64,000 bases of DNA from Thermoanaerobaculia bacterium. GTDB taxonomy: Bacteria; Acidobacteriota; Thermoanaerobaculia; Gp7-AA8. The stretch is from positions 12,158 to 76,157 of the forward strand of contig DASPHC010000082.1 of NCBI GenBank assembly GCA_035629865.1. The letters run 5' to 3'. Within the stretch, counting starts at the first letter, position 1. Each line of letters opens with the position of its first letter. A program made the translations under genes and the position numbers. This document shows, in pieces, positions 33,824 through 43,003 of the stretch. The notes beneath the pieces were generated by a model. That model saw only the letters and a program-made list of their open reading frames with translations. It was not told the origin of the DNA and did not search any database.

Positions 33824-35053
33824 ATGTCCTTGATGGAGACCGCCGTCCATGCAGTCGACGTGTCGAAGCACTATGACGTCTACCGGCGTCCGATCGACCG
33901 CGTCGTCGAGCTGCTGACTCGCCGTCCCCAGCACGTCGTCTTCCCGGCGCTGGAGAGTGTCACCTTCGACGTCCAGCGCGGCGAGACCCTCGGGATCATC
34001 GGCCAGAACGGTGCCGGCAAGAGCACGCTCCTCAAGCTGCTCTGCGGCGTGACCCGTCCCAGTTCCGGCACGCTCGAGGCTCGCGGCACGATCGCCTCAA
34101 TCCTCGAGCTGGGGACCGGCTTCCATCCCGAGTTCAGCGGCCGCGACAACGCCGCCCTCAATGCCGCCATCCTCGGCCTGTCGCCGGCCGAGATCCGCGA
34201 CCGGCTGCCTGCGATCCTGGAGTTCTCCGAGCTCGGCTCGTTCCTCGACCGCCCGGTCAAGACCTACTCCTCCGGCATGTACATGCGCCTGGCGTTCTCG
34301 GTGGCGGTGAACGTCGACCCCGACATCCTGGTCATCGATGAGGCCCTCGCGGTCGGCGACGGGCACTTTCAGAAGAAGTGCATCGACAAGATCCGGCAGT
34401 TCCAGGAGGAGAAGAAGACCATTCTCTTCTGCTCGCACTCGCTCTACTACGTCACGTCGATCTGCAGGCGCGCGCTCTGGCTCGACCGCGGCCGGGCCAT
34501 GCGTTTCGGACCGTCGCTCGACGTCGTCCACGAGTACGAGACGTTCCTTCTCGAGCGCGACCGCGAGCATCCGGCGACCGACGTTCCCGCGGTCGAGACG
34601 GGAACGCCGGTGCGATTGCGTGAGATCGTCGTCTGCGATCGCGACGGCCTGCCGCGCGACCGTTTCGGGCGCGGCGAGGATGTGCAGGTCCGGATGCGCA
34701 TCGAGGCCGATGACCCGGCGCAGGCGATTCACGTCCTGGTGGGGGTCCACCGCGCCGCCGACGACCTGCAATGCTTTGCCGTCGGTACCCACTCCGACGG
34801 TTTGCCGCCGCTCTCGGGCCGCACCGAATACGACATCACCGTCCGCCTGCTCGACCTGCCATTGCTGCGCGGCGAGTATTCGATCATCGCCTTCGTCGGC
34901 GACGAGAACGCCATCACTGTCTTCGACCGCCGCGACGTCCGCCCCGCGTTCTCGATGACGGGGGAACGTTTCGAGGTCGGCCTGATCGATGTCGACCATC
35001 GCTGGGACCTCGGCCGGTCGCACGTGGAAGTCGCCGCATTCGAACGGCGATGA
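33824..35053 (+). CDS. wzt: Wzt/TagH-like polysaccharide ABC transporter ATP-binding protein with C-terminal beta-rich (Wzt_C-like) domain
   Basis: ATG 33824 (or 33833) within ORF 33698..35053. Walker A GQNGAGKST, signature YSSGMYMRLAF, Walker B ILVIDEAL, then a ~165-aa extension. Confidence 0.9.
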   Translation: MSLMETAVHAVDVSKHYDVYRRPIDRVVELLTRRPQHVVFPALESVTFDVQRGETLGIIGQNGAGKSTLLKLLCGVTRPSSGTLEARGTIASILELGTGFHPEFSGRDNAALNAAILGLSPAEIRDRLPAILEFSELGSFLDRPVKTYSSGMYMRLAFSVAVNVDPDILVIDEALAVGDGHFQKKCIDKIRQFQEEKKTILFCSHSLYYVTSICRRALWLDRGRAMRFGPSLDVVHEYETFLLERDREHPATDVPAVETGTPVRLREIVVCDRDGLPRDRFGRGEDVQVRMRIEADDPAQAIHVLVGVHRAADDLQCFAVGTHSDGLPPLSGRTEYDITVRLLDLPLLRGEYSIIAFVGDENAITVFDRRDVRPAFSMTGERFEVGLIDVDHRWDLGRSHVEVAAFERR

Positions 35054-36078
35054 TCTCGCTGCTGGTGGTCAACTACCGGAGCGCCGCGTTAGCCGCGGAT
35101 GCGATCCGCACAGCCCGCGCCGCATCGTCCTCTCCGCTGCAGGTGGTGGTCGTCGACAACAGTTGCGATGCCGCCGAGGCGGAGGCGCTGCGCGGCGTTG
35201 CCGACGTGCTGGTGATCTCGGACACGAACCGCGGATACGCGGGGGCGATCAACGCCGGCCGCCGCGTCTGCGAGGGAGAGGCGATCGTCATCAGCAATCC
35301 GGACGTCGCCTTCGCGCCGGGTGCGATCGACGAGCTCCGCGCCGCACTCGAAAGCGCCGCCGTCGCCGGTCCGGCGCTCTTCTGGGACGACTCGTACGAA
35401 TGGATGCTGCCGCCGGGCGATCTCAGTACCGCCCCGGAGAAGCTGGACGAGGTGCTGGCCGGCCGCTCGCGCGCCTGGTTCGAGCAGCGCGACCGCCGCC
35501 GGTTCCGGAAACGGCTCGCGTTCTGGTCGCTCGGGAAAACGACCGAGGTGCGGATGCTCTCCGGTGCCGTCATGGCCGTCCGCACCGCCGACTTCGACCG
35601 GCTCGGCGGCTTCGACGAGCGCTTCCCGCTGTACTTCGAGGAGACCGACTTCCTCCGGCGCGTGGCCGAGGCTCACCGCCGTATCGTCTACGTCCCCGCC
35701 GCACGGGTCCGGCATCTGTATAACCAGAGCGCTGCACAGGTCGCGAGCGAGGCGGCCTCGCGGTACGCCCAGTCCGAGCTGCGGTATCTGGAGAAGTGGA
35801 ATGGTCCGTTCGCCGGCCGGCTCCTCAAGCGCCTCGAACGGCCCCTTCCGGCGTACGAAGCGCGTCCTTTCGAGGGTACCCTCCCTCTCGACCGCGATGA
35901 CCTGGTCGTGGAGGCATCTCCGCTTCCCTCGTTCTCGACAGCCGCGGGACACTTTCCGGCCGGCAGGCAGGTCGCCCTTCCGCCCGAGGTCCGGCGTTCC
36001 CTTCGAGGCGATCTCTACCTTCGGACAGTCGTCCGCGATTCGGGCGAAGTTCTCGCAACATATAGAATCCCTGCATGA
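35050..36078 (+). CDS. Family 2 glycosyltransferase
   Basis: ATG 35050 (ATGA overlap with the wzt stop) within ORF 34771..36078. ISLLVVNYRS...VVVVDNSCD...NRGYAGAINAG...ISNPDV...FFEETDF-type GT2 motifs. Confidence 0.85.
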   Translation: MISLLVVNYRSAALAADAIRTARAASSSPLQVVVVDNSCDAAEAEALRGVADVLVISDTNRGYAGAINAGRRVCEGEAIVISNPDVAFAPGAIDELRAALESAAVAGPALFWDDSYEWMLPPGDLSTAPEKLDEVLAGRSRAWFEQRDRRRFRKRLAFWSLGKTTEVRMLSGAVMAVRTADFDRLGGFDERFPLYFEETDFLRRVAEAHRRIVYVPAARVRHLYNQSAAQVASEAASRYAQSELRYLEKWNGPFAGRLLKRLERPLPAYEARPFEGTLPLDRDDLVVEASPLPSFSTAAGHFPAGRQVALPPEVRRSLRGDLYLRTVVRDSGEVLATYRIPA

Positions 36079-37553
36079 GCTCGACCGGCGTCAGCGTGGT
36101 CGTTCCGCTGCGTGGCGACGGCCTCAGTCCGGCACGCGAGGTCATTTCGAATTACCTCGAGACCACCGGCCTGACCTTCGAGGTGCTCGCCCCGAGCGCG
36201 GATGATTTCGGCGCCGCACTGCGGCGCGGCGTGAGCGATGCCAAAGGGAGAGTGGTCGTGATCGCCGATCCCGCGCTGCCGTATCCCGTCAGCGCCATCG
36301 GCGACGCCGTCGCGCTGATCGAGTCCGGAACGACCGACGTCGTCTTCGCCAGCAGCCGCGCCGACTATCGGGGGCCGTTCTTCCCGCGCTGGCTGCTCGT
36401 GCCGCTGCTGCCCGACCGCACGATCTCGCTGGCCGCGTTCTCCTCGACCGCGGCGAAGGTCGTCGTCGGCGAGTCGCGCCTGTCCGACGGCGGCTGCGAG
36501 CTCGAGATCGCCTTCCTCGCGAACAAGTACGGTTTCCGCGTCGAGTACCTGGTCGTGCAATCGCAGGCCGCGGAGCCGCGCTCGTTCGGCGCCCTCGGCG
36601 GCGTCATCCCGGCGATCAAGGTGCGGATGGCGAACCGCCGCAACGCCTATCGGGCCGCCCGCCGCTGCCCGGTCTGTTTCTCGCCCGAAGTGTGGAGCTC
36701 GGCGCAGATTCCGGGGAACGTCGTTCGCGCCTGCCGCCGCTGCAAGTGCCGCTACCTGAACCAGTTCACCGACGACGAAGGGACGCACCCGGTGCGGCGA
36801 GTGCTGCGGGCGCACGGCATGCCGGCCGAGCCGGCGTACGAGTCGCACTCCCCGCCGGCACGCGAGCGGACCAGCCGCCGCCGCTTTCGCTGGGTCCGCG
36901 AGCAGTTGCCGCTGCGCGCGCGCGTCCTCGAAGTGGGCGTGCGCGACGGCAGCTTCGGTGCCTTCGCGGCAGGGGAGTACGAATACGTCGGCATCGACCC
37001 CGCGTCCGCAGCGGCGCGGCACGCCCGCGCCCGCGGGCTGGAGGTCTACTGCGCCTCCCTCTCCTCGTTCGTCAACACCGGCCCCGCCTTCGACGGAATC
37101 ACGCTCTTCCACGTATTCGAGAACATGGCCGAGCCGCACGACACGCTGGCACGCATCAAAGACCTCCTCAAGCCGGGGGGTGTGCTGTTCCTCTCGACGT
37201 TCGACACCGAAGGGATCATTTACCTGCTCTCCGAGCGCAAGCGGATGTCGCAGAACTTCCGCACCCACCTGATCCTCTACTCCCGATCCGCGCTGATCGA
37301 ACTGCTCGAGCATTCCGGCTTCGAGATCCTCGACATCGGCCCCGACTTCGAATATCGCGACCACAAGTTCCTGCGCCACTGGATCGCCTCGCACCATCCG
37401 GTGGCCGCGCCGGTGACGCTTCCGGTCCTGAACCTGCTCCCGGACCCGTTGATCGTCAGCACCGGCTCGATCCGCATCGTCGCCAAGCGGCGCTCCGGGC
37501 CGCCGCTGAACGCGCGCGCCATCCGCTCCGTCGAGCCGACTCATGCCCGCTGA
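36075..37553 (+). CDS. Fusion protein: GT2-like domain + Cys4 zinc ribbon + class I SAM methyltransferase
   Basis: 492 aa. N-term VSVVVPLRGDG...VVVIADP. Middle CPVCFSPE...CRRCKC. C-term VLEVGVRDGSFGAFAAGEYEYVGIDP...LKPGGVLFLSTFD. ATGA overlap with the upstream GT2. Confidence 0.75.
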   Translation: MSSTGVSVVVPLRGDGLSPAREVISNYLETTGLTFEVLAPSADDFGAALRRGVSDAKGRVVVIADPALPYPVSAIGDAVALIESGTTDVVFASSRADYRGPFFPRWLLVPLLPDRTISLAAFSSTAAKVVVGESRLSDGGCELEIAFLANKYGFRVEYLVVQSQAAEPRSFGALGGVIPAIKVRMANRRNAYRAARRCPVCFSPEVWSSAQIPGNVVRACRRCKCRYLNQFTDDEGTHPVRRVLRAHGMPAEPAYESHSPPARERTSRRRFRWVREQLPLRARVLEVGVRDGSFGAFAAGEYEYVGIDPASAAARHARARGLEVYCASLSSFVNTGPAFDGITLFHVFENMAEPHDTLARIKDLLKPGGVLFLSTFDTEGIIYLLSERKRMSQNFRTHLILYSRSALIELLEHSGFEILDIGPDFEYRDHKFLRHWIASHHPVAAPVTLPVLNLLPDPLIVSTGSIRIVAKRRSGPPLNARAIRSVEPTHAR

Positions 37554-38523
37554 GCTGACCACGCGTCCTTATCGCATCGGCGATGAGGCGGCGATTCTCG
37601 ACCTCTTCGCCCGCTCCTTCCCGCACGCGCCGCGGTCCCTCGAGCACTTCCGGTGGAAGTACCGGCAGAATCCGTTTGGAAACGAACGGATCAGCCTCAC
37701 CTATAGCGGCGGCGCGCTGGCCGGCCACTACTCCGGTTACCCCGTGCCGTTCCGCGCGTACGGAAAGGACGTCCTCGCGCAGCACATCGGCGACACCATG
37801 ACCGACGTCGCCTACCGGCACATCGGCCGCGGCCCGTCCAGCGTCCTGGGGCGGACGGCGCTGCACTTCTACGAGAACTTCTGCGAGGGCCAGGTCGCCT
37901 TCAACTACGGCTTCAACGTCGCAAACATCCAGAAGTTCTCCCTCCGATTCCTGCGCAGCGACCGGGTCGAGCCGGTCACCTACCGCGTCGCGCAGCCATT
38001 CCCGCCCATCCGCCGCTACGAGCGCTGGCTGCGCGGCTACTCGCTCGAGATCGCCCGCCAGACGGATGAAGAGTGGGACACGCTGTTCGAGCGGGCGGCC
38101 CCTGCCTATCGCTTTTGCGTCCGCCGTGACGCCGCCTACGTCCGCTGGCGCTATCTCGCCGTTCCCGCCGGTCCGTACCACGTCGTTGCGGTCCGGAAGT
38201 GGCGGCGGCTCGTCGGCTGGATCGCCTTCCGCATCCGAGAGAACCGCTTCGCCCTCGGCGACGCACTCTTCCATCCTGACTTCACGGACGCCGTCCAGGT
38301 GGCCCTCCGCCACATCGTCCCCTCGTATCCCGTCGACGTCATCGAAGGGTGGTTCCCGCCCCGGCCCCAGTGGCTCGACGCCACCCTCACCAACCTCGGC
38401 TTCGAGACCCGTCCCGAGCCGCAGGACTTGTCGGTCATGTGCGTCCCCTTCACCTGGCCGGACGTGGTGGAGCGGATGCGGGAGGATCTGTATTACACGT
38501 GGGGGGACTCGGACCTTTTTTGA
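37543..38523 (+). CDS. GNAT-family acyl/acetyltransferase-like protein
   Basis: 326 aa. YRIGDEAAILDLFARSF...ALAGHYSGYPV...VAYRHIGRGPSSVLGRTA resembles the GNAT motif A region. Overlaps the upstream gene by 11 nt. Confidence 0.55.
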   Translation: MPAELTTRPYRIGDEAAILDLFARSFPHAPRSLEHFRWKYRQNPFGNERISLTYSGGALAGHYSGYPVPFRAYGKDVLAQHIGDTMTDVAYRHIGRGPSSVLGRTALHFYENFCEGQVAFNYGFNVANIQKFSLRFLRSDRVEPVTYRVAQPFPPIRRYERWLRGYSLEIARQTDEEWDTLFERAAPAYRFCVRRDAAYVRWRYLAVPAGPYHVVAVRKWRRLVGWIAFRIRENRFALGDALFHPDFTDAVQVALRHIVPSYPVDVIEGWFPPRPQWLDATLTNLGFETRPEPQDLSVMCVPFTWPDVVERMREDLYYTWGDSDLF

Positions 38524-38607
38524 GGGGACAGGTCCCATCAACCCCTGTCGACCGTGTCGGCCTGCTTTCTGCAAGCCGTTCTCATCCGTCGTTAGAATGC
38601 GGCAGTC

Positions 38608-39024
38608 ATGAACCTGGGCCACGACAACAGCGGGGTGCGTGAGAGGCGGTTGGGCGACGTCGATCGAAAGCGTGTTCTCGTGATCGACGACGACCTGCCC
38701 ATCCGCGGCATGCTTGCCGCCGCTCTCCGGCAGCACGGCTTCCAGGTGTTGCTCGCGGGGGACGGCGCCGAAGGGCAGCGGGCGCTGACCATCCACCACC
38801 CCGACATCATCCTCCTCGACCTGGCCATGCCAGGGATGAACGGGTGGGATTTCCTGCAGCGCCTGCAAGAGACCGGACACCTCGGCCATGTCCCGATCAT
38901 CGTCGTCTCCGCCCACGTCCGCGTCGAACCGCAGGCTCTGCTGCAGATGGGCGTGGCCGCGATCCTGCCGAAGCCCTTCCATCTTCCCGACCTCATCGGG
39001 CTGATCGAGCACCTCGCCGCGTGA
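38608..39024 (+). CDS. Stand-alone response regulator receiver protein (CheY-like)
   Basis: RVLVIDDDLPIRGML...PDIILLDLAMPGMNGWDFL...VPIIVVSAH...ILPKPF. Confidence 0.9.
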   Translation: MNLGHDNSGVRERRLGDVDRKRVLVIDDDLPIRGMLAAALRQHGFQVLLAGDGAEGQRALTIHHPDIILLDLAMPGMNGWDFLQRLQETGHLGHVPIIVVSAHVRVEPQALLQMGVAAILPKPFHLPDLIGLIEHLAA

Positions 39025-39683
39025 CCAGGAACGACGTCGCGGACAGGCTTGCCGGTCTCTACACGCGGCGCTTCCTGCAGGGCTACGTGCGCTGGAAAGT
39101 CCGCACCGACCCCGCCTACGGCGCCGTGCTGGAGGTCCTGCGCGGCCGGAGCGAGCCGCTGATCGACGTCGGCTGCGGCGTCGGCCTGCTGGCCTTCTAC
39201 CTGCGCGAGCATGGCTACACGGCGCCGATCATCGGCATCGACTTCGACGAGCGGAAGATCGAGGTGGCCCGCATCGCCGCCACGCGCTACCGCGGCATCG
39301 ACTTCATCGGCGGCGACGCCCGCGAGCCGCTTCCGGACCGCCACGACGTCGTGCTGCTCGACGTCCTCCACTACTTCGACCGCGACTCGCAGCAACGCAT
39401 CCTCGCCAATGCCGCCCGCGCCGCCGGGCCGGAGGGCGTAATCGTCATCCGCCAGGGCATCCGCGACGGCTCGTGGCGGCACCGCCTCACCACGATCGTC
39501 GACGGCCTCGCGCGCGTCTTCCGCTGGATGAAAGCGGAACGGCTGGTCTTCCCGGCCCGGGAAGAGCTCCTCGGCGCGTTCGACGGATTCGAGGCCGAGG
39601 TCCGGCCGCTGTGGGGCAACATGCCCTACAACAGCTACCTCTTCGTCCTCAGGCGGTCCGCAACTGCTCGTCGTCCGGAATGA
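39021..39683 (+). CDS. Class I SAM-dependent methyltransferase
   Basis: GTG 39021 (GTGA overlap with the regulator stop) within ORF 38844..39683. Motif I LIDVGCGVGLLAFYL. DVVLLDVLHYF. Confidence 0.8.
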   Translation: MTRNDVADRLAGLYTRRFLQGYVRWKVRTDPAYGAVLEVLRGRSEPLIDVGCGVGLLAFYLREHGYTAPIIGIDFDERKIEVARIAATRYRGIDFIGGDAREPLPDRHDVVLLDVLHYFDRDSQQRILANAARAAGPEGVIVIRQGIRDGSWRHRLTTIVDGLARVFRWMKAERLVFPAREELLGAFDGFEAEVRPLWGNMPYNSYLFVLRRSATARRPE

Positions 39684-40392
39684 CGAACGTGTAGCCGCGC
39701 TCCTTCACCCCCACGATCGCCCGTTCCAGCACGCGCAGCGAATGCTCGCGGCCCTGGTGCAGCATCAGGATCGCGCCGGGACCGAGGTCGGGGAGGAGCC
39801 GCGCCAGCACCTGGTCGCCGTCGCTGACGAAACTGTCGAACCCGCGCGCCGACCAGCCGATGAGGCGCATCCCGCGCCGTTTCAGCACCGGATGGACGGC
39901 CGGATTCTTGATGCCCACCGGAGCGCGGAACCATCGCGGCGCGGCGCCGGTCGCATCGGCCAATGCGCGATTGCAGCCGTCGACCTCCATCCCGACACGT
40001 CCGGGCAGCGAGCACCAGAAGCTCGCGGACGGATGCGTGTGCGAATGGTTGGCGACCGAGTGGCCGCGCGCGACGATCTCCTGCACCAGCTCCGGCCGCT
40101 CGGCCGCAAGGACCCCTTTGACGAAAAACGTAGCCCGCACGCCGTGTCGCTCGAACAGGTCGAGCACCGCGCGGGTGTCTTCTGTGGGGCCGTCGTCGAT
40201 CGTCAGCCACACTTCTGGTTTCTTCGTGGCGAAACGGGTCACCACGGGACCGAGCCACTGCACGTTCGGCCGGAACGTCGGATAGAAGAGGAGCGCGTGC
40301 GACAGCGCGAGCACGCCCACTCCGGCCAGCGGAGAATGCGGCCAGAGGAGGATCAGGCCGATCGGCGCGACCGCCGCGAAACCGAGGATCAC
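39649..40392 (-). CDS. Polysaccharide deacetylase (NodB/CE4 family) with N-terminal TM helix
   Basis: GTG 40392 (GTGA overlap with the upstream stop, AGGAGG upstream) within ORF 39649..41181. WLTIDDGP, HSVANHSHTHP, RWFRAPVG motifs. Confidence 0.85.
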   Translation of the reverse strand: MILGFAAVAPIGLILLWPHSPLAGVGVLALSHALLFYPTFRPNVQWLGPVVTRFATKKPEVWLTIDDGPTEDTRAVLDLFERHGVRATFFVKGVLAAERPELVQEIVARGHSVANHSHTHPSASFWCSLPGRVGMEVDGCNRALADATGAAPRWFRAPVGIKNPAVHPVLKRRGMRLIGWSARGFDSFVSDGDQVLARLLPDLGPGAILMLHQGREHSLRVLERAIVGVKERGYTFVIPDDEQLRTA

Positions 40393-40949
40393 TGCCCTGA
40401 CGATGCCGGACCTCCTGTCGATGACTCCAGTTGCGCGATCGGGCCGCGCAGCAGAAATACGATTCCGGCCGCGATCGCGTTGAGCGCCAGGATGCCGAAG
40501 AACTGCCAGGCCACGAAGCGGACCCAGGTCGCGCGGGTCGCGAACCAGACGGAAACGGCGATCATGGTCAGGAAGAAGAAGAGGTTGTTCACGCGGGCCG
40601 GCCGCGTCCCGGCGCGAGCGACCGCGTTCCATGCCGGCACGATCGTGATGCCGGCGATGACGAGAAACGCCTGGACGCCGAGCAGCGCGAGCGGCACGGC
40701 GGCGAGCAGCGCGAGGGGCAGCGGCCACGCCGAAAAGAGCGCCGCCACGTAACAGGTCACCGTCAGCATGATCCACGATGCCACAGTCCATGTTTCCACA
40801 TTGCTCTGCTGGCGCTCGATGACCAAAATCCCCTCGTGCGGTTCGGGCCGCGCGCCACGCAGACGCAGGTACGCCGCGAGGCGGAACAGCCCGTGATCGT
40901 GCCGCGAGGGGAACAGCCGTACTTCGCCGTGACCGCGGATGAACCTCAC
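40389..40949 (-). CDS. Integral membrane protein, unknown function
   Basis: GTG 40949 (GTGA overlap with the acyltransferase stop) within ORF 40389..41375. 186 aa with 4-5 hydrophobic helices. Confidence 0.5.
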   Translation of the reverse strand: MRFIRGHGEVRLFPSRHDHGLFRLAAYLRLRGARPEPHEGILVIERQQSNVETWTVASWIMLTVTCYVAALFSAWPLPLALLAAVPLALLGVQAFLVIAGITIVPAWNAVARAGTRPARVNNLFFFLTMIAVSVWFATRATWVRFVAWQFFGILALNAIAAGIVFLLRGPIAQLESSTGGPASSGQ

Positions 40950-41854
40950 GCGGCGAGCTCCTCCGAATACGGCTGGAAAGTGAACCACTGGAACCACGCC
41001 CGATGGATGACGCTCTCCAGCTCGCGGCTCCATTGCGCGACCGCCAGTTCGAAGGCCTCGCTTCGATCGCGCGTCCGGACCACCTCGATCGGCTTGCCGA
41101 CCACGAGCCGGTAGTGACGCCGGCCGATGCGCATGATGAACAGCGGATAGATCGGCACCCGCGCGGCCATGGCCAGCGCAAATGGCCCGGCGGGAAGCCT
41201 GGCCGGCTTCCCGAACAGCGTCGCCGGCAACGCCGAGATGCCGGGTGTCACCCGATCGCCCTGGATGGCGATGATCTCCCCCCGCTGCAGCGAGTGCAGC
41301 AGGTCGAGCGCGAGCGCGCTGGCGCGCGTGCTGAAGTCGATCTTCAGCCCCGCGCCGATGGTGCGGTCGGTCCACTCTTTCTCGTAACGCTGCGTCTCCG
41401 GATCGGTCTCCGGCGCCCGCACCATCACGATCTGCCGCTGCGACACTTCGGCGAAGAGCTGCGCGCCGAGGTCATAGCTCCCCATGTGCGCGGTCAGGAT
41501 GATTGCGCCGCCTTCACGCGCCTCCAACTCCCGGAAGTGCTCCATCCCCTCGAAGTCCCAGTCCGGTCCGACGCGCAGTTCCTGGAAGCGGACGTTGTCG
41601 CTGATGGTCCAGGCGAAGTTGCAGAAGACCCGGTACGTGCGCATGAAGTTCCCGAGGGCGTTCGAGCCCGGCAGGATCGCCGTCAGGTTGCGCATGACTC
41701 CGCGGCGCCCGGGCCCCCACAGCAGGAAGATCAGCGCCCACGTCCCGACCACGAACGGCTCGGCCCACAGCGGCATGTAGAGCACGCCAAACCGGAGCAA
41801 CCGGCGCCAGAAGACGCCGTGCACGAGGAACCGCCGGACCCACGGAGCGGACAC
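40946..41854 (-). CDS. LPLAT-superfamily (LpxL/HtrB-like) lipid acyltransferase
   Basis: 302 aa. N-terminal TM, HX4D motif in ILTAHMGSYDL, downstream IAIQGDR. Confidence 0.75.
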   Translation of the reverse strand: MSAPWVRRFLVHGVFWRRLLRFGVLYMPLWAEPFVVGTWALIFLLWGPGRRGVMRNLTAILPGSNALGNFMRTYRVFCNFAWTISDNVRFQELRVGPDWDFEGMEHFRELEAREGGAIILTAHMGSYDLGAQLFAEVSQRQIVMVRAPETDPETQRYEKEWTDRTIGAGLKIDFSTRASALALDLLHSLQRGEIIAIQGDRVTPGISALPATLFGKPARLPAGPFALAMAARVPIYPLFIMRIGRRHYRLVVGKPIEVVRTRDRSEAFELAVAQWSRELESVIHRAWFQWFTFQPYSEELAA

Positions 41855-41881
41855 GGCGCGGATGATACTAGGAGCGGGGCA

Positions 41882-41917
41882 ATGGGACTGATGGGACCTA
41901 TGGGACTGATGGGACTT
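41882..41917 (+). repeat. Four direct 9-mers ATGGGACNN (single arm, no partner)
   Basis: atgggactg atgggacct atgggactg atgggactt. Confidence 0.85.
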
Positions 41918-41964
41918 TCATAACTCCGCGACGCCCCACGTACCACGCTTATTTACAGTGATAT

Positions 41965-42100
41965 CGACGGTTTGTTGCCCCTCTCCCCGCCGGGCCGGGG
42001 AGAGGGATGTCCGGCACCTGCGCGCGGCAATCCCCACGGCGGTTCGGATCGCGGCACCTGCGTAAGACCAGGTGCCGGACGGGGTGAGGGGCTGTGCCAT
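41965..42100 (+). repeat. Composite REP-like element (copy 1 of 2)
   Basis: ttgttgcccctctcccc-gccgggcc-ggggagagggatgtccggcacctgcgcg...agaccaggtgccggacggggtgaggggc. Same modules and order as 56151-56280. Confidence 0.7.
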
Positions 42101-42243
42101 CGGCGCTGAGGGAGCGTCCTTCCGCTCCTCCACCCCAATCGTGGCCGGCTCCACGACACCTTCCTCCGCTTCCTCCTCAACTGCGGAGGGTCGTCGAACC
42201 CGCAACCACATTTCTTTGCTATGACTTACCGGTACGCGCCGTG

Positions 42244-42600
42244 AACCAGCGACTCATCTCCGCAGGTCAAAACATCATCTCCGCGAATCAAAGCTTTGAT
42301 TGTTTGAATCAAAGCTCTGACTCTTTGAATCAAAACTTTGACTCCGTGAATCAAAGCATTGATTGTTTGAATCAACGCTTTGACTCTTTGAATCAAAGCT
42401 CTGACTCTTTGAATCAAAGCATTGACTCCGCGAATCAAAGCTTTGACTCTTTGAATCAACGCTTGGACTCCGCGAATCAAAGCATTGACTCTTTGAATCA
42501 AAGCTTTGACTCCGCGAATCAGAGCTTTGACTCCCTGAATCAAAGCTTTGACTCCGCGAATGAACACACTGATTCCATGAGTGAGCGCTTTGACTGCAGC
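42244..42600. repeat. 21-bp tandem array, about 17 units, core palindrome AATCAAAGCTTTGATT/GACT
   Basis: Units in exact 21-nt register from 42286 to 42558, e.g. aatcaaagctttgattgtttg, aatcaaagctctgactctttg, aatcaaagcattgactccgcg. Degenerate units lie at both ends. The consensus unit has 7 of 21 G+C. Confidence 0.95.
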
Positions 42601-42784
42601 GGAAGCGCCGAATTGCGACACCCGCCCGTGCTACGCGACACCCGCCGTGCTGCGCGACATTCCCGCTCCCATTCCCCGCGCGACGCGCCTTCTCGTCGCA
42701 TAGCGCGGCATGTTCCGTCGCGACCTGCAACCACTTCGCGCGCCTGGAATAGGCGGCCGTCTGCTGGTGCAAAGAAAACTTATG

Positions 42785-43003
42785 GGAGCCGCCGGAGGCG
42801 GCGGAAGATCTGTAGGCCCGGCCTTCAGGCCGGGTTCAACAAGCGCGCCCACCAGGCGAGCCCGTGTAGCGGGCGACAGAGAAGAACGTTTGCGCGGTGC
42901 TGGTGTTCTGTCGCCCGCTTCGCGGGCTCGCCTTCGCTGGCCCGCGCGATACCCGCCCTGAAGGGCGGGCCTACAGATCTTTCGCCGCCTTCGGCGGCTC
43001 CCC
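42785..43003. repeat. ~220-bp palindromic MITE-like element whose termini are inverted copies of the GCCTACAGATCT REP
   Basis: 42785-42834 ggagccgccggaggcggcggaagatctgtaggcccggccttcaggccggg versus 42951-43003 acccgccctgaagggcgggcctacagatctttcgccgccttcggcggctcccc. The interior also has dyad symmetry (ggcgagcccg...cgggctcgcc). Confidence 0.7.

Noticed and set aside
39742-41923. Plus-strand ORFs 39742..40752, 40431..41114 and 41003..41923, and the long forms of minus ORFs 39649..41181 and 40389..41375
   Set aside because: The plus ORFs are shadows. The long minus forms overlap the preceding gene out of frame. The GTGA-coupled internal GTG starts give proteins that begin where hydrophobic or family-specific sequence begins.
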